Positions 57,054 through 64,000 of a stretch of 64,000 bases of DNA are shown here, in pieces (within the stretch, counting starts at the first letter, position 1; every line of letters begins with the position of its first letter). The position numbers and the translations under genes were made by a program. A model generated the notes under the pieces. That model saw only the letters and a program-made list of their open reading frames with translations. It was not told the origin of the DNA and did not search any database. The DNA comes from Smithellaceae bacterium (GTDB taxonomy: Bacteria > Desulfobacterota > Syntrophia > Syntrophales > Smithellaceae): assembly GCA_963667845.2 (NCBI GenBank), contig CAXXVL010000002.1, positions 1,056,001-1,120,000 on the forward strand, read 5' to 3'.

Positions 57054-58274
57054 TCATGTGAATTGGATGGTCAGCATGGAGAAGTCGTCATCCAGAATAT
57101 CCTGACCCCTGTAAGCCTGCATTTTGTGATAGAGCGCATCGATATCTTCGCCCCTGCCAAGCGGGTTTTCCAGCACATAGGTTCCCAGTTCGTCCAGCGT
57201 CCACATCTCGCCGCCGGGATGGTCCACCTCGTAAACACCGTCCGAAAAAATATACAGATGAGCTTCCGGCGGCACGGCGACGGAGCTTCCCTGATATGTG
57301 CTCTCGGGCAGTCCGCCGATAAACAGATTATTCGTCATCAACTTGGTGAGCCCTCCCTCCTGGGAAACGAGGAAAGCCGGCGGATGCCCACCGCTGGCAA
57401 AACGCAGTTCGCGGTTGGGACGATTGAAAACACCATACCAGATGGTGAAGTAGAGATTGTTGTGGTGCTCCATCTGGAAGGCATCATTGAGCGTCGCCAG
57501 AACCTGCTGGGGCAGCCGGAAATCCGTTTTCGGCAGCGTCTGGGAGCGGATGGCATTGAAGGCGGAAACGGACAGCAACGCCGAGCCGACCCCGTGTCCG
57601 CAGACATCGAGAAGATACATGGCGAAGTTGTCTTCGTCGATCCAGTGATAGCCGAAGCTGTCGCCGCCCAGCTGCGCACTCGGAAAGAAGCGCCAGGCCG
57701 TGGTGATGTTTCCCGTGGGAAGAGGTTCCGGCATGAGCGAGACGACATAGTCCGCCGCCTGCGCGAGTTCCGCGGCGAGCGCCTGACGGCTGGCCAGCAG
57801 AGCGGCATACGCCTCGTTTCTCTGCAGCAGGTTGATATAGCCCTGCGAATGGTAACGGATGCGCGCGATGAGTTCAATCCGGTCCGGAAGCTTCACCAGG
57901 TAGTCGTTGGCTCCGAGCTCAAACGCTTTTGCTTTCGTCACGGCCTCTTCATTGGAGGACAGAACGATCAGGGGCACATTCTTCAACTGGGGGTGAACCC
58001 GGAAAAATTTTACCATTGTCAGACCATCGATATCCGGCATGACCAGATCCTGAAGGATGACGGTCGGGGCATACTCGGCGGCTGTCGGGATCGCCTGTGT
58101 CGGGTCCTGGCAGAATTGAAAGATGATATCGGTTTCCGGTTCGAGCATCCGCTTCACGGCTGCGCCGACAATGGCCTGATCGTCGATGAGGAGAACCTTG
58201 ATCTTATGAGCCGTGAGGGTTGCGGCTTGGTCCTGGCCGGACCGGGCGGGGATGGGTGTCTCTTTTTCTGGCAT
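57054..58274 (-). CDS. Response regulator: WspR-type receiver fused to SpoIIE/PP2C phosphatase
   Basis: LLIDDQ, ILQDLVMPDIDG, GANDYLVKLP; then LGGD, DVCGHG, SGGHPP, FSDGVYE, DDFS. Confidence 0.92.
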   Translation of the reverse strand: MPEKETPIPARSGQDQAATLTAHKIKVLLIDDQAIVGAAVKRMLEPETDIIFQFCQDPTQAIPTAAEYAPTVILQDLVMPDIDGLTMVKFFRVHPQLKNVPLIVLSSNEEAVTKAKAFELGANDYLVKLPDRIELIARIRYHSQGYINLLQRNEAYAALLASRQALAAELAQAADYVVSLMPEPLPTGNITTAWRFFPSAQLGGDSFGYHWIDEDNFAMYLLDVCGHGVGSALLSVSAFNAIRSQTLPKTDFRLPQQVLATLNDAFQMEHHNNLYFTIWYGVFNRPNRELRFASGGHPPAFLVSQEGGLTKLMTNNLFIGGLPESTYQGSSVAVPPEAHLYIFSDGVYEVDHPGGEMWTLDELGTYVLENPLGRGEDIDALYHKMQAYRGQDILDDDFSMLTIQFT

Positions 58275-58286
58275 AATATAATTCCT

Positions 58287-59309
58287 TTACTTTAAATGGA
58301 CCTTTTTCAAAATGGCTCCGGCGATTTTTTCCAGGGGCAGGATTTCAACCGCGCCCCCCAGTTCTACAGCCGCCGCAGGCATTCCATAGACAATGGACGT
58401 TTCTTCATCCTGGACGATCGTGTGCCAGCCCGTCTTCCTAAGCGCCGTGAGTCCTTCCGCACCGTCGCGTCCCATGCCCGTGAGGAGAATCGCCAGATCC
58501 TTCCTCGGCCAGTATAGCCGGATACTGTCAAAGAACGTGTTGACGGAGGGGCGATAAGGATACTCCCGGGGATGCTCCGAATAGTGGAGGGCCTGATCCG
58601 GGCCGAAGACGAGATGATCGTTTGTTCCCGCGACGAGAACCACACCGGAACGGGGCCGCATGCCTTCCGCGGCCAGGGCCACGGCAAGCGGCGTTTGAGA
58701 GTTCAGCCATTCGGCAAGACCCTGGGCAAACTGCTGATCGACGTGCTGACAGATGACCACTGCGGCATCCAGTTTTTCGGGAAGGCCGGACAGAATGGTC
58801 GCCAGAGCCTTGGGGCCTCCGGTGGACGATCCGATAGCGACCAGATACGGAAGGTGACCCGGAGAATGCCGGCTTTTGCCGGCGCCCAGGTGCGCCGGCT
58901 GGGTCGTATTGCCGAGAAGCTTGGCCATCGTAACGACTTTTTTGAGCAGGACGTCCCGGCCCGCCACGAAGCCATCGTCCTGGAGAACAGGTGTGGCAAT
59001 AGCGTCCAGCGCTCCGCAACCCATTGCCTCGAAGACTTTTCCCGCCTGCTTGGCCAGAGCATCGGAGAGAATCAGGATGGCGCAGGGAGCCTCCTTCATG
59101 ATATCGCAGATCAGCTGGGCGCCGTTAACATTGGCCAGGCCCAGATCGACAAGCAGCAGATCCGGTGGTTCGCGCCGGCACTTTGTGAGGACTTCGGCTC
59201 CGCTGCCCGTGGTCCAGAGTATTTTATAGTCTGTTTCCTGGGAGATGATTTGCCGGACTAGGGTCAGAGCGGCTGTGTCACGATGAGCAATGGCAATCGT
59301 TAGAGGCAT
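58287..59309 (-). CDS. cheB: Chemotaxis methylesterase CheB (WspF-like)
   Basis: Receiver domain plus GSSTGG, QHV, RPSV, LTGMGRDG, VYGMP. Confidence 0.93.
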   Translation of the reverse strand: MPLTIAIAHRDTAALTLVRQIISQETDYKILWTTGSGAEVLTKCRREPPDLLLVDLGLANVNGAQLICDIMKEAPCAILILSDALAKQAGKVFEAMGCGALDAIATPVLQDDGFVAGRDVLLKKVVTMAKLLGNTTQPAHLGAGKSRHSPGHLPYLVAIGSSTGGPKALATILSGLPEKLDAAVVICQHVDQQFAQGLAEWLNSQTPLAVALAAEGMRPRSGVVLVAGTNDHLVFGPDQALHYSEHPREYPYRPSVNTFFDSIRLYWPRKDLAILLTGMGRDGAEGLTALRKTGWHTIVQDEETSIVYGMPAAAVELGGAVEILPLEKIAGAILKKVHLK

Positions 59310-61684
59310 CAGGGACCTCCGATCAAATCGAGGACAGCCGTCAGCAGACTCTCATCGTGAAAGCTGCCTTTCGTCAGGTAATAATTCGCTCCGGCTTCGA
59401 GGCCGCGCAGACGGTCCTCCTCGCGATCCTTATAAGAAACGATCATCACCGGCACATCTTTAAGAAGCGGATCGGCTTTTACGGTTCGGACCAGCTCAAT
59501 GCCGTTCATGCGGGGCATATCGACGTCGGAGATGAGGAGATCAAACGAATGGGCAGTCATGATGTTCCAGCCGTCCACGCCGTCCACGGCCGTGGTGACG
59601 TCGTAGCCGGCATTTTCCAGAAGCCGCCGCTCGACTTCGCGGACTGTGAGAGAATCATCAACGACGAGGATGCGCTTTTTTCCGGCGGGCAGGGCCTGAC
59701 GTCCTTTGCCGACTTTTTGAAGTTTTCCGGTCGTGAGGAGCTGGTGGATGGATCGGACCAGGTCATCAACGTCAAAGATGACGACAGGCGAGCCGTCGTC
59801 GAGGATGGCTCCGGCGCTGATATTGGGAATCTTCCCGAGACGGCTGTCAAGCGGACGGACAACCAGGCTCTCTTCGCCGATGACATGATCAACGACCAGG
59901 CCGTAACGATTCAGGCGATCACTGATAATAACGATCGAGAAAGTGACGGTGGGAGTGGGCACAGGCGTCAACTGAAAAAGCTGGCGGGCATCGAGAATGC
60001 CGATATGTTCCCCGTCCAGGGTGCAATAAGAACGGTCTTCAATTTCCCGGATATCGGCCCGGGTGAGCGACAGGACCCGGTCGATGCGCGACAGCGGCAA
60101 AGCATAAGGCTCATCGCCGATGGACAAAAGCAGGGTTCTGAGGACGGAGAGTGTCAGCGGCAGTTGTAGATGGAAACGGGCGCCGCGGCCGGCTTCGGCG
60201 TCAACCCGCACAGTGCCTCCGACTTCATGCGCCATGTTAAAGACGACGTCGAGGCCGACACCGCGTCCTGAAATTTCCGTCACGGTTTTGGCCGTCGAGA
60301 ACCCCGGCAGGAAGAGGAATTCAAAAAGCTCCGTCCGGCTTAAGCTTCCGGCCATCTCCGGCGAGACGTAGCCTTTCTCCACCACTTTGCCCCGCAGATC
60401 TTCCGGATTGATGCCCCGGCCGTCATCGGTCAGCGAAATGTTCAACATCCCGGCGACATGCCGGGCTTCCAGGACGAGGGTTCCCTCGGCGGGCTTACCG
60501 GCCGCGTTCCGGTCGGCGGGTGTTTCCATGCCGTGGTCGATGGCATTACGGATGAGATGGGACAGGGGCGCTTCCAGCCTCTCCAGAATATCACGGTCGA
60601 CCGGCGTGGCCGCTCCGGCAATTTCGAAGCGGACCTGTTTTCCGGTTTCCCGGGCCAGGTCCCGGACCATGCGCGAAAAGCCGTGCAGACCGTCGGAGAA
60701 AGGCACCATTCGGCTCGAGATGACTTCGTTATAAAGACGATGCGCCAGATGCTCCAGGCGCCGCGAGAAGCGTTCGAACCGGACGATATCCTGAGCAACG
60801 GTCTGTTCGGCTTCAGTGACGCGGGTCAGGGTTTCCTGCAGACTGTCCGAGCCTTCGCCGTCTCCATTTTTGGCCTGGGATTCCAGGGAGTGGCGAAGGG
60901 GCTTTTCCACCTCGAAGATATCTTTCTTCAGGCGCAGCAGACTTTGATAGACCGTTTTGACGGTCTGGGACTGAACCAGACATTCGCCGGCCAGGGCCAT
61001 AAGACGGTTCATGTTTTCCGCCCGGACGCGCACCAGGCCTCCTTCTCCTTTATCCTGTGCGGCGCGGGGGCGGGAGGCGGGCGAAGCGACAGGCGAAGCG
61101 ATGCAGGTATTACTCGCGCCGGAATCCGGCGCAGGTTCGGCCCGAAGTGTAAAGTCCTTTCCCGAAAAAGGCGCACCGGCCGCTGCTTCAGTTTCCAGGG
61201 CGACGGCGGAAGGCGGGGCGGCGGTTGTCGCCGCTGCTGCCGGCGGCGACGGTTCCGTCAGGGGTTCGGGTGCTGCCGTCAATAAAACCCGCAATTGATC
61301 TGACTGGACCTGAATCTCGCCTGTCGCTCTTTCCAGAGCTGCCGGCAGCTCACTTACGTCCAGACGGGACAGGGCGGCAAAGAAATCATTTCCTTTCAAG
61401 AGCCGGTCCACCGCATCGGATGTCAGGGGCCGCTTCCCATGCTGGGCTGCAGAAAGGACGTCCTCCATAGCATGGGCCAGAGTGACCGCAGCCGTCAATC
61501 CCACGATCCGGGCGGCCCCTTTGATGGAATGAGCGGCCCGCATGAGGGGCTCTATCCGCTCCGGCGTTTGGTCGCGCTCGGCCGTGACGAGGCCCGATTC
61601 CAGAGTCCGGGTGTTATTTTCGAGCTCCACGCGGAACAAATCCAACATCAGGGGGTCGATGGGCGTACGGGTGGAATCGGTCAT
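59309..61684 (-). CDS. cheA: Hybrid CheA kinase-receiver (WspE-like)
   Basis: Hpt RAAHSIKG, HLIRNAIDHG, DDGRG, SGRGVGLD, CheW domain, C-terminal receiver. Confidence 0.95.
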   Translation of the reverse strand: MTDSTRTPIDPLMLDLFRVELENNTRTLESGLVTAERDQTPERIEPLMRAAHSIKGAARIVGLTAAVTLAHAMEDVLSAAQHGKRPLTSDAVDRLLKGNDFFAALSRLDVSELPAALERATGEIQVQSDQLRVLLTAAPEPLTEPSPPAAAATTAAPPSAVALETEAAAGAPFSGKDFTLRAEPAPDSGASNTCIASPVASPASRPRAAQDKGEGGLVRVRAENMNRLMALAGECLVQSQTVKTVYQSLLRLKKDIFEVEKPLRHSLESQAKNGDGEGSDSLQETLTRVTEAEQTVAQDIVRFERFSRRLEHLAHRLYNEVISSRMVPFSDGLHGFSRMVRDLARETGKQVRFEIAGAATPVDRDILERLEAPLSHLIRNAIDHGMETPADRNAAGKPAEGTLVLEARHVAGMLNISLTDDGRGINPEDLRGKVVEKGYVSPEMAGSLSRTELFEFLFLPGFSTAKTVTEISGRGVGLDVVFNMAHEVGGTVRVDAEAGRGARFHLQLPLTLSVLRTLLLSIGDEPYALPLSRIDRVLSLTRADIREIEDRSYCTLDGEHIGILDARQLFQLTPVPTPTVTFSIVIISDRLNRYGLVVDHVIGEESLVVRPLDSRLGKIPNISAGAILDDGSPVVIFDVDDLVRSIHQLLTTGKLQKVGKGRQALPAGKKRILVVDDSLTVREVERRLLENAGYDVTTAVDGVDGWNIMTAHSFDLLISDVDMPRMNGIELVRTVKADPLLKDVPVMIVSYKDREEDRLRGLEAGANYYLTKGSFHDESLLTAVLDLIGGP

Positions 61685-62352
61685 TGATTAAGACTCCTCG
61701 TCATGGAGGGGAAAAGCCGATCTTCATCCAGGAGTCCCACGTTGCGGCCGCCCAGTTGAAAAATTCCCCGGGTCAGCGACCTCGCGGAACGGGACAGCGT
61801 TGCGGGGACTTCGACCAGATCCTCCGGAGCGACCCGATGGACTCCCAGAATCTGCTCGACGGGAAATACGAAGCGTTGCCCCTCGCGTCCGACCACCAGC
61901 ATGCGTTCATAGATGACGGGCGCAGTTTGTTCCTCATCCTGCGTAAGCTCCAGGAGACTGGCCAGCGACAGACAGAGCAGAAGTTCTCCATTGATGTTGG
62001 CGATTCCCTGAAAAACACGATTAACTTTCAGAGGCAATGTATGAATCGGCGACGGCTCCGCCGCTTCCTGGAAGAAGATGGTTTTCAGCGCAAACCGTTC
62101 ACCGGATAAGCGAAAGGCCATGACCGAAATGGTTCCGAGCCTTGCCGATTCTTTAGGCTGGGCCATGACGGGTGTCCGGTCCTCCAGATAGCCCTGCGGC
62201 AAATCCTGATCCAGGTGCTGTCTTCCGGCTGTGGCATAAACAGGGCAGCGGCGGCAATGAATCAGACGCGCCAGTTCGACGCACGAGCCGTCGCCAAAGA
62301 TTCCTTTTTCTTTCCAGCAATATTTCGATGCACTCGTCATATTTTCTTTCAC
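61681..62352 (-). CDS. cheW: CheW-family adaptor (WspD-like)
   Basis: N-terminal CW..GIFGDGSC..HCRRCPVY Cys motif typical of WspD, then a CheW domain. Confidence 0.9.
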   Translation of the reverse strand: MKENMTSASKYCWKEKGIFGDGSCVELARLIHCRRCPVYATAGRQHLDQDLPQGYLEDRTPVMAQPKESARLGTISVMAFRLSGERFALKTIFFQEAAEPSPIHTLPLKVNRVFQGIANINGELLLCLSLASLLELTQDEEQTAPVIYERMLVVGREGQRFVFPVEQILGVHRVAPEDLVEVPATLSRSARSLTRGIFQLGGRNVGLLDEDRLFPSMTRSLNQ

Positions 62353-63716
62353 GTCGTCTTCAGTCTCGTGTTTTCATCCGCTCGGGTTTCAGAGAACTTT
62401 CCGGGTTCTTCCGTTGCGTTTCTCAGTATCCCCGCCTGGCGTTCGGCCCTCTCCCGGTAAAGGGTCGCCTTCTTTTCGTTCCCTTTTTGCCGGTAGATGA
62501 GGCTCAGGTGGACAAGACTTTCATAGTGGCCGGGATCAAGATAAAGAGCCTTCACAAAGCAATCTTCCGCGCGATTGAAATCGCGATCGGCCATGCGGAT
62601 AACGCCCATGAGGCAATACGTCCCGGCGGCCGGACCGAAGGTGCGGACATAATCTTCGCAGAGGCGCAGGGCACCCGTCATATCACCTCGATCGGCCAGT
62701 CCACGGGCTTCCTGAAGTTGCCGAGCCAGGACAGACTTGTCGGCATCGGCCTTTATCTCATCGGGCCTCGCCGCGTGCCGCATTCTACCGGCTGCAGGCG
62801 TTTGGGCCGCAAAAATATCAAATATCGGGTCTTCTGCCGGGACGCCTGGTTGGCGGCTTTTAGCGGCCGCCGACGTCGATTTAAGGGCTGCCGGTTTCTT
62901 GATGGCCTTAAGCGCCGGTGACTCAACCGGTTTGGATAAAGCAAAGGCCCGGTCCCACTGGATGGGGAGATAGCCCTGCTGATTCCAGAAAATTGTTTCC
63001 GTGTGCCCGGTGAAGAGCAGGCCTCCCGGCACAAGGAGGCGGTTGAGCAGGTCATAAACCCGGCGGCGGGCCTCCGCGGTCAGATAAATAAGCAAGTTTC
63101 GGCAGAAAATGATTGCATAAGGGCCCCGCGAGGCGAGGCTGCCGGGCGATAGCAGATTATCGTGAAGGAAGGTGACCTGGCGGACAATCTGTTCCGTTAC
63201 CCGGCGTCCGCGATGTGTTGTCTCAAAGAACGGGGCGACATCCTCTCCGATGTTTCCGCGGAAAGCGCCGCTGCCATAGCAGGCCTCTCCGGCCCGGGCA
63301 AGCGCCCCCAGGCTGACGTCCACGGCGTCGACCGAAAAGGCCTGCGGCGCCAGGCCGGCGGCAAAGAGAGTCATCGCGATGGAATAAGGTTCCTCGCCGG
63401 TCGAGCAAGGGGCGGAAAGGATATTCAAGGCTCTGTCCGGTCGAGTATTTTGTAATTCCCGGGCGTGACGGGCGAGATAGGTGAAGGGGCCGCGATCACG
63501 AAAAAACCAGGTTTCCCCGACAACCATCGCATCAATAAACCGCTGGCGCACGTCTGGCGACGAGGAGAATAGTTTTTCATAGGCCTGCACATCGGACAGA
63601 CCTTCCCGGCGCATGGCTGCGGCCACGGCGCGGCCGACGGCTTCCTTCCCCGCAGCGTCTTCCTCCATCCCCAGGGAAGCGGCGAGAAAGCGCAAGATGA
63701 CAGGAGGGGTGCTCAT
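62349..63716 (-). CDS. cheR: CheR methyltransferase with C-terminal TPR (WspC-like)
   Basis: ETWFFRD, SAPCSTGEEPYS, FCRNLLIY, KALYLDP. Confidence 0.93.
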   Translation of the reverse strand: MSTPPVILRFLAASLGMEEDAAGKEAVGRAVAAAMRREGLSDVQAYEKLFSSSPDVRQRFIDAMVVGETWFFRDRGPFTYLARHARELQNTRPDRALNILSAPCSTGEEPYSIAMTLFAAGLAPQAFSVDAVDVSLGALARAGEACYGSGAFRGNIGEDVAPFFETTHRGRRVTEQIVRQVTFLHDNLLSPGSLASRGPYAIIFCRNLLIYLTAEARRRVYDLLNRLLVPGGLLFTGHTETIFWNQQGYLPIQWDRAFALSKPVESPALKAIKKPAALKSTSAAAKSRQPGVPAEDPIFDIFAAQTPAAGRMRHAARPDEIKADADKSVLARQLQEARGLADRGDMTGALRLCEDYVRTFGPAAGTYCLMGVIRMADRDFNRAEDCFVKALYLDPGHYESLVHLSLIYRQKGNEKKATLYRERAERQAGILRNATEEPGKFSETRADENTRLKTT

Positions 63717-64000
63717 CCGTTACTCACCTCGGGCGGAAAAAGGGTAAACAGCAGATCGCGGGTTAAAAGCCGTTCCATGTCCAGGACCTGCAGGGAACCG
63801 CGATCATCGAAGATCATGTCTCCCAGATAAGGTGCGCCGCTCACGGACACGACCGGCTGCTGGAGGTTTTCCTTATTGCAGCGAATCATTTCCGTAACCG
63901 CTTCCGCGAGGAGTCCGAGGATGTGAGACCGGCCGTCCTCGCCTTGATAGGTGACGAGGATGATGCGCGAGCTCATTCGCGGGCGCGAGGGGGCTCCGGT
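63713..64000 (-). CDS. cheW: CheW-family adaptor (WspB-like), 5' part outside the window
   Basis: SSRIILV..LGLLAEAVT..APYLG; frame is open to the window edge. Confidence 0.85.
   Translation of the reverse strand, partial: TGAPSRPRMSSRIILVTYQGEDGRSHILGLLAEAVTEMIRCNKENLQQPVVSVSGAPYLGDMIFDDRGSLQVLDMERLLTRDLLFTLFPPEVSNG

Noticed and set aside
57063..58295. 410-aa + strand ORF
   Set aside because: Antisense shadow of the REC-PP2C gene, expected from GC-rich codon bias.
1..64000. CRISPR arrays, integrases/transposases, tRNA-anchored islands
   Set aside because: No repeat-spacer arrays, no recombinase or transposase ORFs, and no duplicated tRNA 3' ends seen by eye.

Overview
This window is mostly ordinary, core-genome sequence from an anaerobic deltaproteobacterium. 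Gene content and order suggest a Syntrophales/Smithella-like fatty-acid-degrading syntroph; this is an inference, not a database result. In order, it carries: the rimP-nusA-infB-rbfA-truB-rpsO-pnp translation cluster, dut, a DUF39 homocysteine-biosynthesis enzyme, an AT-rich type IV pilus block (HTH-ftsB-pilMNOPQ-TPR), a pepQ-gcvH-lipM-like cluster, rpsU, holA, beta-oxidation genes, glnS with tRNA-Gln, two four-subunit 2-oxoacid:ferredoxin oxidoreductase operons, hflX, a sigma-54 activator, a two-subunit fumarase, recR-ybaB-dnaX-ffs with two tRNA-Ser, tadA, and a Wsp-like chemosensory operon that runs off the right edge. I found no CRISPR array, prophage or intact transposase. The five leads most worth following up are: (1) a POR operon directly followed by a HydABC/NuoEFG-like flavin module that lacks its own catalytic site (candidate NAD/ferredoxin-confurcating 2-oxoacid oxidoreductase); (2) an apparently orphan sigma-54 promoter with upstream activator sites, pointing into about 700 bp of non-coding DNA that contains a candidate structured RNA; (3) a Wsp pathway whose WspR-type receiver is fused to a PP2C phosphatase instead of a GGDEF domain; (4) a PilQ secretin that appears to lack the N1/N3-type domain; (5) a probable non-AUG (ATC) start for hflX.
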